This document shows, in pieces, positions 39,589 through 59,301 of a DNA stretch of 64,000 nucleotides (its first letter is position 1; every line of letters begins with the position of its first letter). Under the pieces are notes generated by a model. The model did no database searches, was not told the origin of the DNA, and saw nothing but the letters and a program-made list of their open reading frames with translations. Both the position numbers and the translations under genes were made by a program. This DNA is from the human T2T-CHM13v2.0 reference genome, Homo sapiens: NCBI RefSeq assembly GCF_009914755.1, contig NC_060942.1; one strand, given 5' to 3'.

Positions 39589-40007
39589 TTATCTTGGACT
39601 AGTCAGACACCCCCCTCTTTTCCCATTAGAATGCATACATAAAGTTGGTATCACTAGACTATGGCAAAACCAATCTTTTATGCCATGTGGTATATGGGAG
39701 GACAACCTCAAAACATTGTTTTCATGTCAGGCATAGAAGGGTCAAAGACACTGAAGCTGCTTCATTTTTTGGCCAGAATTCAAGAAAAGGCACATTCATT
39801 TAAAGACCACAAGTGTGTAAAAATAAGTATACAATTAGGTACATTAATGAGTTACTCAATTACAGCTAACATTCTGGCAGGCAGAAAAACAGATCTGCTT
39901 TCATGATAAATTATAAAGACTATCATACAAACACATCAGTAGCATGAGCTACTATACAAAAACGATCATCAAATATCACACTGCTTGATGTTTTTTAAAA
40001 ATGACTA

Positions 40008-44834
<4,827 letters not shown>

Positions 44835-44858
44835 GTTCAAGGCAGGGTCTGTGAGTGT

Positions 44859-45870
44859 AGCATCTGCTCACTGGTACTGGTTAGAGGGCAGTGTCTGCTC
44901 ACTGGTATTGGTTAGAGGGCAGCGTCTGCTCACTGGTGTTAGATAGAGGGTAGCGTCTGCTCCTGGTATTGGTTAGAAGGCAGCGTCTGCTCACTGGTAT
45001 TGGTTACAGGGCAGCGTCTGCTCACTGGTATTGGTTTGAGGGCAGCGTCTGCTCACTGGTATTGGTTAGAGGGCAGCGTCTGCTCACTGGTATTGGTTAC
45101 AGGGCAGCGTCTGCTCACTGGTATTGGTTACAGGGCAGCGTCTGCTCACTGGTATTGGTTACAGGGCAGCGTCTGCTCACTGGTGTTAGACAGAGGGCAG
45201 CGTCTGCTCACTGGTATTGGTTAGAGGGCAGGGTCTGCTCACTGGTATTGGTTAGAGGGCAGCATCTGCTCACTGGTATTAGTTACAGCACAGTGTCTGT
45301 TCACTGGTACTGGTTAGAGGGCAGCATCTGCTCACTGGTATTAGTTACAGGGCAGCGTCTGCTCACTGGTACTGGTTAGAAGGCAGTGTCTGCTCACTGG
45401 TATTGGTTAGAGGGCAGCGTCTGCTCACTGGTGTTAGATAGAGGGCAGCGTCTGCTCCTGGTATTGGTTAGAGGGCAGCGTCTGCTCACTGGTATTGGTT
45501 ACAGGGCAGCATCTGCTCACTGGTATTGGTTACAGGGCAGCGTCTGCTCACTGGTATTGGTTACAGGGCAGCGTCTGCTCACTGGTGTTAGATAGAGGGC
45601 AGCGTCTGCTCACTGGTATTGGTTAGAGGGCAGCGTCTGCTCACTGGTATTGGTTAGAGGGCAGCATCTGCTCACTGGTATTGGTTACAGCACAGTGTCT
45701 GCTCACTGGTACTGGTTAGAGGGCAGCGTCTGCTCACTGGTATTAGTTACAGGGCAGCGTCTGCTCACTGGTACTGGTTAGAAGGCAGTGTCTGCTCACT
45801 GGTATTAGTTACAGGGCAACGTCTGCTCACTGGTATTAGTTAGATGGCAGTGTCTACTCACTGGTATTAG
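44859..45870. repeat. 31-bp minisatellite/VNTR, about 32.7 copies, consensus AGCGTCTGCTCACTGGTATTGGTTAGAGGGC
   Basis: Counted 32 full units (two with a 1-bp deletion) plus a 22-bp partial unit, totalling 1012 bp. Confidence 0.97.
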
Positions 45871-46419
45871 ACCAACCACAATGCTAGTGTATTTTAGGAG
45901 CTCAATAAATATTCGTTGTGTGAAAGATTCCAGAATAGAATAAACAAAAATTTTGTCTACATAATTCAATTTTTTTATTTTAAGGGATTTTAAATATTTA
46001 ACAAAAACAAAACAAAAAAAGCTGCTCCCTAAAGTGAACTGGAAATGTGCATCAGGACAATGTGAAAGGCAGGTGCAGTGATGTTTCGGGCACGCTGCAG
46101 CCGACTCCCTGAACACCTCATCTGCACTATCTGATGCCCTTTGGTTGTCGTGTATCATAACCTACCCAGAACCAAGCCATGTACATAGCTTGCAGATGCA
46201 ATTTATCACGTGAGGTTATGGCTGCAAGTGCTACTCATTAGGGCACATCAAATGTCCCCTTATTAAATGGGAGGGTGACTTCCTTATGTTCCATCTGAGT
46301 AGCATCAAGTGATGTTTTTAAATGTTGTCTCAAACACTCAGAATATATAACTCCTCTGATCTAAGTAAGTTTATAACTCCTTCAACCAGCTATCCCTTAA
46401 AGCATTTTTAATAAAGTAC

Positions 46420-46485
46420 TGTGTGTGTATGTATATATACATATGTGTGTGTGTGTGTGTGTCTGTGTGTGTGTGTGTGTGTGTG
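46420..46485. repeat. (TG)n/(TA)n microsatellite
   Basis: Seen directly. Confidence 0.9.
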
Positions 46486-48132
46486 AATTAATGTGGTGGG
46501 CCCCTCTGATAATGCAAGTGGATCGACTTTTTTAACAAAACAAATGTTATTGTGAAACATGCATATAACAAAGCAATAAAACAATTTTGAGTTCAACAAG
46601 TAGGTCTGAACTCTCATATAAACATTTAAATAACCTAAAGTGAATATACAGTAGTAAAATGTAAATAATGAGACAGTATTTTTGAATATTTGAACTGAAT
46701 ATTACCTTAATATAATAATTGAATGTTACCTTAATATAATAATTGAATATTACCTTCTTAATACAATTGGTTTAAGTATAAGTTTAGGGATGTCAGTTTG
46801 GTAATTACAGTGAGTTGTCAGTTATGGTGACATTAATGTCTTAGAAAAGTTCTTAAAGTTTTTACCCATCATTTCTTCAAATATTTCCTCTCCCATTCTC
46901 CTAGGACACTTCATTAAACACAAAGACTGTCTTGATATATCTGCTGTGTCACTTACCTTTGATTCTTTTGATCCTTTCTCATCTTTTTAGCTTTCTCTGC
47001 TGCATTCTGGATAATATTTTTCTAATCTATCTTCTAATTCCTAAGTTCTCTGCTATACCTAACTTGCTGTCAGACATGTATATTAAGTTTTCAATTTTGG
47101 CCACTGAAGTTCTAGATTACTGTTGTAAAACAGAACTTCCTACAATAATGGAAATATTTATATCTTGCTATTTAATAAGATAGCCACTAGCCACATGTAG
47201 TGAGTACAACTGAATAATTTTAATTAGTTTAAATTTAAATAGCTACATGTGGCTGATTATCATACTGCACAGTAAAGTTCTTGAAGTTCTGTTTGGTTCT
47301 TTTCAAATATTTCAACTTGTCAGTTTCCCATTTCCTAAAATTTTCAAGCTTGTCATTTATTTATCTAAATATGGTATAATTAAAGTTATTTTTAAACCCA
47401 TGCTTTGTAATTCCCATATTCAAAGTCTGGGCAGATAAGCTGGTATTTTTATTCTTCTGCTGTTTCTTACTACATGTTGCCATGTCTCCTAATGTGCTTG
47501 ATTATCTCTAACTTTGTACTGGTTAATGCTTTTGAAAAATTATTTGTAGAGGTTCCCTGAGGCCCAGTATGAACTTGTCTTTCATCCATCACCAAGGCAG
47601 TTTGCTTTCTGCTAAGTACCCACAGGCACCATCAATCGAAGACACCTCAAGCCAAGTTCACGGCCAACTTTGGGTGCAGAGCCCTATCAGAAGCAGTCTG
47701 TAGTACCCATTCTCACATTTTTTTTTTCCTTTTCTTTACAGTCTCCTTCATGAAGTTTGGGAAACCAACTTATTTTTGACCCATCCATCTATTAAGAGAA
47801 TGGTTCTTTGGAGGTCCAGCTTAATACAAGCAGGATAGCCAGTAAGAATCCCCACTTTGGGGAATCGCGGCTTCTGTCCTCTCACCCCTCGATACTCCTC
47901 AACAAAAGCCAAGCATACAACCTTGGCAAATGCACTTGGGGCAAAATAATTTTCTATATACTTCTTACTTGTCTGGGCAAGACTTTCAATCAAAACTGGA
48001 CTGGGAGTTTCTATCTTTTCAGTTTTTGTGATTATTTTGAGGTGCATTTTAATACAGCCTGTCTAGCATGTTATTGTCGTTTTCAGAAGAGACTTAGTCT
48101 GGCATTGCCAGAAACAAGGAATGTTCCAGATC

Positions 48133-48412
48133 TTTTTTTTTTTTTGGAGATGAAGTCTCACTCTGTTGCCCAGGCTGGAGTGCAGTGGCGCGATCTTGGC
48201 TCACTGCAACCTCCGTCTCCCCAGTTCAAGCAATTCTACTACTGGGGACTACAAGGTGCCCGCCACCATGCCTGGCTAATTTTTGTATTTTTAGTAGAGG
48301 CGGGGTTTCACCATGTTGGCCAGACTGATCTCAAACTCTTGACCTCAAATGATCCACCCACCACGGTCTCCCAAAGTACTGGGATTACAGTTGTGAGCCA
48401 CCATGCCAAGCC
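48133..48412 (-). mobile_element. AluS with a small internal deletion
   Basis: Alu sequence; TSD ccagatct. Confidence 0.9.
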
Positions 48413-50355
48413 CCAGATCTATTTTTACCAGCAAGGTCAAGCTCCACTGCACACTCCACTCCTGACCATTTAAACCAGATGTGTGGGTGCTACCGATCAG
48501 AGGCAGCCTTTCCTGGGAGACTTTTAAGCTGGCTGACTCTGCTAAGGCCTCCTCCATAAATCCCCAAGTGGAAAGCGAGGCATAGGCTGTGACATCCCTT
48601 TATAGTTCCACACAGAAACTGCACAGCTGATGTCTCTTATCTTACCCCTGCCTGAAAAGCCCACTGATCTCTAGTCTGTGGGCTAGGGGAAGCTTCTCAC
48701 CAAAGTTTATCCATCTGCTTTAAGCTAATGAAGGAGAAAAAGCATTGCTGACTACAAAGAAATGCTAAAAATAATTCTAGAGGGGTCTAGAAGTGGAAAA
48801 TGCAGACTTCTCTCCTTCACTTCTCAAAAAGCTTGACCTTTTTCCAACTCTCAATAATAAACTGGAGTAAGTAGCCCCCAAAGAAAAAAAAATCATTCTA
48901 AGAAAGGTGAATAAACAATAACAGATGTTACTGAGTAGCTGCTATATACCAAGAATGGTCACAAACACTTCACAGGCTCTCTCATTGCCCTGAGGAGGGA
49001 TTATCATCACCCTCATTTTACAAATGTGAGGGCTGAAGCAGCTACAGTGGGAGAGGATGGAAATAAAACCAGTGATGTACATCACGCAGCAACAGAGAAC
49101 GCAGCATCAGCACAGCAGCCACCGGAAGGCAGAGTGCAAAATCCACAGTAAGGTTAGGTCTGCTACAAGCTAACTGAACTTTAAACATCCTTCTATATCA
49201 TATCTAGCAGTTGATTATCAGAATGCTTATCAGAAAAATAGAATCACAACTATATACACCACAAAATAAGAAGAATCATTTTCGTACACTTAGAAAACCC
49301 TTGATTTCACAGAAAAATGCTTCTGAGAAAAGTTTAAGTGAAAAACATGAAAAAAACAAGAGAATGAATCTATCTTAAACATTTATCATGTACCAGAAAT
49401 AGCGCTAGGCACTTTATGTGTGTTTATAAACTGATTCTTACCAAACCAAGAAGAGTGGGCTTCTTTTATAGATGAAGAAGCTGGGCCCAGCGAGGCTGCA
49501 CCAGGCGATGCTGGAGTGATGCCCTAGTGCTGGCATTCAAGACCAGGTGTGTAGGGGTCTGGAGCCCACCTTCTGTTTTTCACTAGAACACATGTCTTTT
49601 ATAAAACTCACTCCCCACGAAATTCACATACTCCTCACAGAGATAACACATGGTTGCAGAAAAAGATCTTTCCGATTCTTTTTGCTTCAATTTTTTTCTG
49701 AATCCTTACCAATCCTCGCCTCCATCTGTCCTACATCTCAGAGAATGAAGTCTCTGCGAGGCTCACTGCACCATCTGATCTCAAGCCCTGAACTCTCTCC
49801 GGTCTGCTTGGGATCTCTCTCAATCATCAAATATTTATTGAGTGCTCGCTAGTTGCAGGCACAATTCTAGGTGCTACACATAAACAAAGCAGACAAAAGC
49901 CTCCTGACCCCATAAGAGCTTACCTTCTAGTGTGGGAAGACTAGGAATAGACAGATACATGAAACACATAATCTATCAGATGGCGATAATACTACGGAGG
50001 GAAACAAAACCAGGAAAGGAAATAGTGAGGAGGAGGAAAGAGAAGGCCCCCTGGGTGCGGGGCTATTATATTAACACATGGTTCCCGAGAGGCTTCATTG
50101 ACATAGTAGCATTTGCTTGAAGATGCAGAAGAGGGGAGCTGGAGTTAGAGGAAGAGCAAGGAGAGAGGAGAGGGAGCAGAAGGTAAGGCCAGGGAGCCCT
50201 CGTCCACGGCTCCCCTTCCTCCAGGTGTCCAGTATGTGCACTGGAATGACATGATTTGCTAACCTCAGGAGACTCCTGGAAGCCCACGGAAGGCTGAAGC
50301 CATGCCTGATTCATTCCCATGCCTTCCACAGTGCTTTGAACACAGTGGGTGCTTA

Positions 50356-50754
<399 letters not shown>

Positions 50755-53651
50755 TCATCTTTTTCATTATTTTCCTAGTCCCTTGGTGACCAATTAACTA
50801 ACATTCTGATATACTCTTCCTCTACATTAATTTCTCCTTTCTAATAGCTTCTGAATATTCCATCTATATTATTTCCAAGCATAAGTGAAAAAGGTAAGAA
50901 GAACAAAATAGTGCTCAAGTTTTAATTCCTGCTAATTATTTCCTCATGATGGATGAAGTATACTATAGTTAACTCTTAATTATTTAGAATTGGTAATTAA
51001 GTTTGGAGATTATTTCAGGGCTCTTGAGTTTTCTCTTCTCTCTGCCTTCTGGTGATTTTGCTATTAAAAGCTACCCTATGGAAGGAAAAAAGGCAAAAAT
51101 CCAAATCAGTCTTGAATACTAGTTAACAACTCTGGAAGTAGTGAGGGTATTTTGAATCATTATAGCTACAGGTGTTGTTGTTGTTTTTATCAAATCTATA
51201 GATACATCTTACATTCACTTTATCCCAGGTACTTATCATTACAAGTAAGAATTTCTGATGGCTACACGTCATTCTATTATGCTTACAGATGAGAAAGCTC
51301 TATTATTTGAACTGTAAGAGTCTTTTCAACCTCCAAATAAAGCCCCTTCCAAAAAACCCCACCAAACCCTTCACTATAAGAAAGATAATAAATTATTGCT
51401 TAGACTAATCTATATGCAAAGTATAAAAGTGCTGCATCAAGCTGCAGCCCATGGCAGCATGGAAACCACAGTTAGGTGGACATTTTAGAAATGAAATGCA
51501 ATCACTTAACTTGTATGATTGCACAGAATAACTCTTCTCTCTCTCTGTTTAAATCTACTCCAGTTTATCTCTTAGGTTTTCCTAGACCAAAATCAAGATG
51601 TTGGCTTTAATCTATAAAATAAACTTAACGTTTTTATACAAAAGGACTCTGAGTGTTAAGAATGAAATGAGCTACAGAAATATTATCAACATTACCCACA
51701 CAATAAGTAAACTGTAAAATTACATGCCCACTTTCAGCTGCATGTGCTGTCACTCACACCTACTGTCAGCCAAACTGACAGTTTTTAGATTCAACCCTTG
51801 CTGGATTTGGGACTGACAAGGGTGATAAAGCAGATGTCAGTGCTCTCAAATATAAATGTGCTGTGGGCACTCCTTTTTTTTTTTTTTTTTTTTTTTTTGC
51901 TGCTTCTAAAGATGTTTTCAGACAATTTCCTACACCAGGTAGAATATGTAGAGATGTATACCATGGTAGAAAAAAAAACAAACAAGCAGGATATTTCGGA
52001 GCCTGAGTTGTACAATACCACCTGCTGCATTTTCTATGTCCTACAGATGAGTAATGAAGAAGTAGAAGTGTTAAGTGTCTGGGCTCATTATTACTTAATG
52101 CAGCAGAGGAAGTCTCAGGCATTTCCTAATTAGAGCAGAGGAAAAAGACTTGATTAATCCGTCCCTGGAAAGAGAGTCTGATCACACTTCATCAAAATAT
52201 TCTTAAGTATAGCACCAGAATAACAGATTAAGAGTTGAACATATCTTAGAGATTATTTTGTTAAACCCAAATGAAGCTGAAAGAGAATAGGTCTCCAGCT
52301 CAAAGTCACAGACCAGACTCGAGATTGGCACTTACATTCCTTCTGGGTGCTCCCACTTAGCTTCCCACCAACATGCTCTATAAGGAAGTGGTGGAAAGCA
52401 CTGCCCCCGCTCTGCTCTCACATATGCAGAATCTCTCATTCTTAGGGATGCTAATCACATATATCCAGTTCAAGAGAATGTCTCATTTTGGAAGTGATGC
52501 ATGTATATGAATACATATATGAAGAAAATATATTCAAATATATATACATATATGACATACATGAACATATACATGAAGAAAATATCCAGCCATGTGCTGG
52601 TAAATAAACAACTGATTGTGGTGAGGGTAGAAAAGATCCAAGATTTGTACAGTTCGCTGAATTACGTGGTGTGATATGCCCACTGTGGCTGATTTCAAAA
52701 TAACAATGTAACATCAACTGGAATTTTTATAAAATTCCTGCAAATTTAAGATGACACTCATGAGTCAGTAGGAGGCTGGCTCCAACGTGCCACTGAAAAC
52801 ATCTTTCCTTGGTAAGATTGATCTTTCCATTTCCTTAGAAAGACCGAACTTTCTATTTATGTGGTGATAACAAAGTATCTTCTGAGGAGTTCAGGGAGAA
52901 GAAACAGTAGAGGAAAAGGAGACTCAATTCTTATAAATGCTCTCAACTTCTGCAATTTATCTTGGCCTTCAAGTAAAAGAAATGGAAACACTCAAATTAC
53001 AATACTAGTAAGTAGTATATAATCTGATTACATTCAAATTTGAAGGGATTTTCCCAATTAGGGATTCTTTTTATACACATCTAAATACAGAATATAAGTG
53101 CACATGTGTACTAGAATTTATTTAACTCATTACATCCCTTTTAAATTACCTTACGTTAAAATCAGTGATGAGAAGTCTAGATTGGGAACTGGAATCCTAG
53201 AGAACTCATAAAATTGCTTAACATGCCATAAGGAAGTTAAGTCTAACTGGGGGAAGTGGGCTGTGATTTCATAAACCATTTTGTCAATGAAATTAAACTG
53301 AAATTGTTACTGCCCAATTTGGTCTGTTTAAAGACCAATATATTACTTTTATTATTTCCAATAAATGTAAGACGGCTATCTTTCTAAAACCCTCATCTTT
53401 GAGAATGATAAAATACAATCCGAAAGCTAAGAAGATAAATGAGAAGGAAATGGTATGACTCTACTCTAGCTCCTGTCCTTCTGCACGTGTCATCTATCAA
53501 CTGGCTTTAAACAAAGTGAACCTCTTAACCCTTTTATAATCCTTTAAAATAAAATGCCTCAAAATCATAATAATCTTAGAAATTGAGTTGTAAACTTTTG
53601 ATTGGAAAGATTATTTCACTGAGTACCCTTTTAAGATATGTGGGGAGTTTA

Positions 53652-53879
<228 letters not shown>

Positions 53880-55199
53880 CTATCACAATGTCTTCTCAGT
53901 TTCCCTGTTTAGTTTTTGAAGACACTAAGTGGCAAAGCATATCTGTCTAACAAAATGACTAGGCCATTAACCTGTGAACTGCAAATTAGCAATGGAGGCT
54001 AATGTTGGTGTCTACAGTCAACCTAATAGATATACTGTCCTCACTGAGGGCCTAATTATCTCACTAAAGCACTTTAAGACACCAGGTTTATTTTTAAAAA
54101 AAGAATAAAATAAACATACTAGGGTTTTTAATAGTTGCTAAAGAAAACATCTAAATAAAGGCCTGTGTAAAGGAACAGAATTTTAGAAATGGGAGATAAC
54201 TTGTCTAATGCCTTCATTTTACATAACATACAAATAAGGAACATAATATCCCTGGGAAAGCGGACAAAACAAATACTATTTTCTATATTTGGTCAACAAA
54301 GATATGGAGCTCAGAAAAGCCAGTTTGTTGTTCAAGGTCATACAGCTTAGCATAGCAGGAGCCAAAAGTGGCATCTACAGGCTTTCCAGGGTTCAGTGTT
54401 TCTCAGGAAATTAAGTAACTGAATGAGACTTATTGAGGGAGAAAAAAAAATTAGAAATATATTTTAATGTTAAATCAATAAGACTGTATTATACATAAAC
54501 CTAAGGTATAATTGACTTGTGAAAGTTCATACGAGGAGGCCAACTTAAGTATAAACTGATCAGAATCAAATACATTCTGTAAAAGAAACTCATAAAAGAT
54601 GAGTAAACAAACAAAAGATATACTAGTGGAGCTGGAAAATGCACTGAAAGGAGACATTCCCACCAGACCTAAGGAATGGAGAAAGTTAACAGCACAGAAT
54701 GAAGGCAAGGACAATCCTGTACACATATGCTTCAATGACAGTTCAAGTTCAAGAGCTTGAAGGTCTGTTTATATCTCTTTGTGCTGACTGGAGACAACCT
54801 GAGTTGGGTATCGAAATGGACAGCTCCAGAGGTGTCAGATTATTCAAAGGAATAAGCCATCATCAGCATCTGGCAGATTATTCAAAGGAATAAGCCATCA
54901 ACAGCATCTGGCAGTAACTAGATGGGCTCCTTAACTGTTGTGAGTTCCAGTCCCTTCTCTGTATAACCTTTGATATTCAGAGACCCCAGTTGCTGGGCTA
55001 CTGAGTGTTGTTAGAAGAAAGTACAAAAACTTGCTAGTCAAATCTTAAATTTATGACCATAAATTTAATAAAATTTAAATCTTAAATTTATGACCATAAA
55101 TTATGACCATAAATTCTAATTTATTTTCTTAAATTTATGACCATAAGTGGTACTTAACACTGCCAGCAATCCTACTTTGCTTCTCTGGTGTGTTTACTT

Positions 55200-57330
55200 T
55201 CCTTCCTCTAAAAACAGCTACTTCACACTTTCTCCTCTTCTCACATCACCTCTACTCCTTGTCTTTGCTCATTCTTAGTGGTCAGTGTTCTCTCCTAAAT
55301 GAAGAAAGCAGAAGTATTCAAAATGGGAATTTTCTCATCATTCCCATCAAGTCTACCAGCCCTCCTAAATCCACATCCTTCCTCTCAGCCTTCCCTCCGC
55401 TTCTGTTGTCAGCTGTGCTCTAGCTCTCACCTCTCTTACCCTCTCAGGCTGGGCTCTTACCTGCACTCTTTCCTGCACCTCATTCTCCCAATCCCTTAAG
55501 TTAATAAACATGCCTTAAAAACATACATCTTTAAAAACGAGCAAAAACTCCTCCTTTGACTCCACATCTGTCTCTTGCTGTTGCTCCATTTCTTTGTCCT
55601 CTTAAGAGTAGTACATTTTGGAAAAGCTGTCTCCTCTACTTCTTCATCTTCTCTCCTCAGCTCACACTAAGTAGGTTTCTGTTCTGGCACTGCACTAAAA
55701 TTACCCTCAAGGTCCAAAAGAACATCAATACTGCTAAGTCCAACAGCCATTTTTTCTATCCTCACTTTAGCAGAATTTTCAATAGCATTCCACACAACTG
55801 AGCATGCCCTTCTCTGACTTTCTGTGACTGTGCACTGTTATCTCATTGGCTGCTCCTTCTCTTTTTTTTCTGCTGGTTTCTCATCTTTTGATTAACTCCA
55901 AATGTTGATGTGCCTCAGAACTTGGTCATGGGTTTCTGCTTCTCCATCTACACATTCTCCCTGGGTAATCGCAAACAGCCACGTGGCTTTAAGTACAATC
56001 TACATGACAACGACTCCTGTGGTAGCCAGCCTCCAAGATGGTCCCAGTGGCGCCTGCCTCTGTACCAGGGTTGGTATGTGTGACCCACAAGAGCTAGGAG
56101 TGCTGTTCAGTTACTTCTGAGACTGGATTATAAGAGACTATAACTTCTGCCCTCAGCCCACTCATTCTGGGTCGTTTGAGACAGCCCTAAGTAGCAAGGA
56201 ATTGAGGCTCCCATAGTCACACTGGATCCTCTATCCCAGTCAAGACTTCAGATGATTGCAGAGACTCTGAGCGAGGACCACCCAGATTAGCCACGCCCAG
56301 ATTCCTGAGCCACAGAAGCCGTGGCATAATGAAATGATTAATGTTTGCAGATGCTAAATTTTAGAGTAATTTCTTTTGTAGCAATAAATAACTAATAATA
56401 TTCCCAACATTTTAAATCTTCAAACTTATCTCTACACTCCATTGAATTCAACTCCAGCTTACTATTTTCACTTGAGTGAACATCAACACCTTAGACTTAA
56501 CAAGACCAAACAGAACTCTTGATTCCTACTACTTTCTCACTTCAAGTCTGCTTCTTTTAAATCTTCCCCATTTTAGTAAATGGCACTACTGTGCACTCAG
56601 GCTCATTTCTCCAAATGAAGTTCACCCCGGACACCTTTTTTTCCTTCCTACCTCCCACAACAGGTATCCTTGACTCTACCTTTGAGCTATATACTGAATC
56701 TGTCTACTTCTCTCAATCTCTCCAGCTACCACTCAAGCCCAAGCCACCATTATATCTCCATGACAAGTCTCCCTGCTTCTAGACTTGCTCCCAATCATTC
56801 ATTCTCCACATACCACCCAGGGCAATTTTTCTTTTCTTTTCTTTGTGAGACAGAGTCTCACTCTGTTGCCCAGGCTGGAGTATAGTGGCGTGATCTCGGC
56901 TCACTGTAACCTCCGCTTCCTGGGTTCAAGTGATTCTCCTGCTTCAGCCTCCTGAGTAGCTGGAACTACAGGCATGCACCATCATGCCTGGCTAATTTTT
57001 GTGTTTTTAGTAGAGACAGGGTTTCCTCATGTTTGCCAGGCTAGTCTCAAACTCCAGACTTCAAGTGATCCGCCTGCCTGGGTCTCCCAAAGTGCTGGCA
57101 TTACAGGCATGAGCCACTGCACCCAGCCTAATCCTTCTTAAACACAAATTAAATCATGCCACTCACCAGCTTACAACTGCCAATGTCATCCTGTTACACT
57201 CACATAAAAATCCAAACTCCCTACTCTGGCCTCTGAGGCCCTACATGACCTGTCCTCCTATCTCATTTCAGATCACTCTCACCAGAACTCACAATGCATG
57301 GCCCACCACAGGCTCTTGATAAAGTGTCTC
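55200..57330 (+). mobile_element. L2 LINE fragments interrupted by an MLT1 LTR (about 56018-56400) and an Alu
   Basis: Pyrimidine-rich L2-like sequence; MLT1 start tgtggtag...ccaagatgg and end gtagcaata.ataactaata.a. Confidence 0.6.
56826..57128 (-). mobile_element. AluS
   Basis: Full dimer with degenerate tail. Confidence 0.92.
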
Positions 57331-57687
57331 TCAAGTGCATGAGCGAAAGAGGAGCCCTAGTGATATCAAGTATCACCAGACCAACTGTTATGAGAACTTT
57401 CAACATGCCAGTCTCCTGCTCTAGAATCTATGAGAAGTTCTAACCTTCACGTGGCTTTTGAGGTCTTACATCATAATTTTTATCCTCTCAATTTTCCTAC
57501 TAAACTCAATTTCCCATTGCCAGATAATCAGACCAGTCCTCCCTCTCTATTCCCTGCGCTGCCAATGACTCTCTCATGTCAACAAACACACTAAAATATC
57601 TGTCTGCTCTCATAATACCTACGAGAAAGCTTGCCTTTGCCCATCATATCCTCAATAAATCAGAGAAATACTTCAAAATATGTATTA

Positions 57688-57921
<234 letters not shown>

Positions 57922-59301
57922 TTAGTCTGAATATATGAAAATATAACATTAAAATCAAAACAACAACAGAAAGCCATCAACATAAGACCCAAGGAGAACC
58001 CTGTGGATGGCTTCAGCATCCTGCCCCAGCCCCATTGGGCTCCACACATGGCTGCCCTGACCACGAGCCTGACCAATCTCAGGACGTCGCTTCAACACCA
58101 GGGTGGTTAAGATGTACCACTAAGTTAGGAAGCATAGAAAATAGCCTGTGTAACATGTAAATTAAACAGCAAAGTGATATCTCACAACACTGAATAAATT
58201 CCTGTAAATGCTATGAACTGGCCAAGAAGTGAGAATTTCTGGTTAAGTAAACATTCTGATCAACTCTGAGTCCTCTTTGCCCACCCTCTCTCCCTCTCCT
58301 TCTCTCTCTCTGTGTATGTGTGTATATACTCAAAGTAAATTACAGTTTTTGAGTAATTTGAATATATAAAATTCAGTCTAAATATTATGATAAATTGAAA
58401 AATTCTGAAGTAACTCAGAGTCTTTATTACAAAGATCAGTTACCCTGGGACAATATTGCAGATAAAATATAGCTGTTTAAGTGCAGCAATATCTATTTTA
58501 AATGAACAAGAATTCCGAGGTAATTTGTAGACCCATGATTATGCACGTGAGCATGCACATAAATACACACACCCTATACGATTTCACATAGCATCAAGTG
58601 GCAGAAGAGAAGTGATTCCCAATGTTCAACACTCTCCGTAAGCACTGAAGTCATTCCCAGTGCTCTCCCTAAAGTTCTTCCCTTGTTCACCACTCTCTGT
58701 GGCACACGGCCCTCCATCTGCAGCAGATGACCTTGTTTACTATTTCACAGAGAAGACAGAAACGATTAAGTACAAACTCCTTTATCTACTCTGCCATTCT
58801 GTCCACATAGTTTATCTGTATTTTCATCCATTCATCCTTCCTGTCTGCCCGGTAGTGACAAAGAGGTGTTCCACTTCTTGCCTGCCAGAGATTGATACAT
58901 CCATCTGTGTTCTGAAACACAGCTCTTCCTGCCTCCTCAGGGATCTTAATCCACCAGTTAGTTCTCCTCTTGCTATCTCTTAAACAACTCGTCCCCAATT
59001 TGCTCATTTCTGTGCCTGTATTCAAGTAGTTTACGTGTTAAGAGAAACAAACATACTCATTTCCTTTCATCTTATATGTCCTAAATTATTAATGCCACTA
59101 TTCATGACCAAACTTCTACATTATTATTGCTGTAATTTCCCTGCCTCACATTTAATCTTTAGCTCATTACCGTTTATTTTCTGCCCTGATGATTCTATTG
59201 AGGCCGCTTCTACTTTTGTGGTTGCCAACAACGCTTAAGCACGGTGGCATTTGCTATATGTCTCTTAATTTCCCCGCTGCTGCTCTATCCTGGATCATTT
59301 C

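Noticed and set aside
44969-45595. Repetitive ORFs (...QRLLTGIGYRAASAHWYWLEGSVCSLVLV...) that look like a repeat protein or a CRISPR-like array
   Set aside because: They are translations of the 31-bp minisatellite (93-nt, 31-aa period). Units are contiguous with no unique spacers, and there is no gene structure.
47808-48473. 221-aa plus-strand ORF
   Set aside because: The second half is antisense Alu translation and the first half is old repeat-like sequence. No exon evidence.
53952-53963. aaaatgactagg matching the L1PA 5' flank (possible second TSD)
   Set aside because: About 9 kb beyond the L1 break and past RTTN exons 46 and 45, with no L1 3' end or poly(A). A chance AT-rich match.
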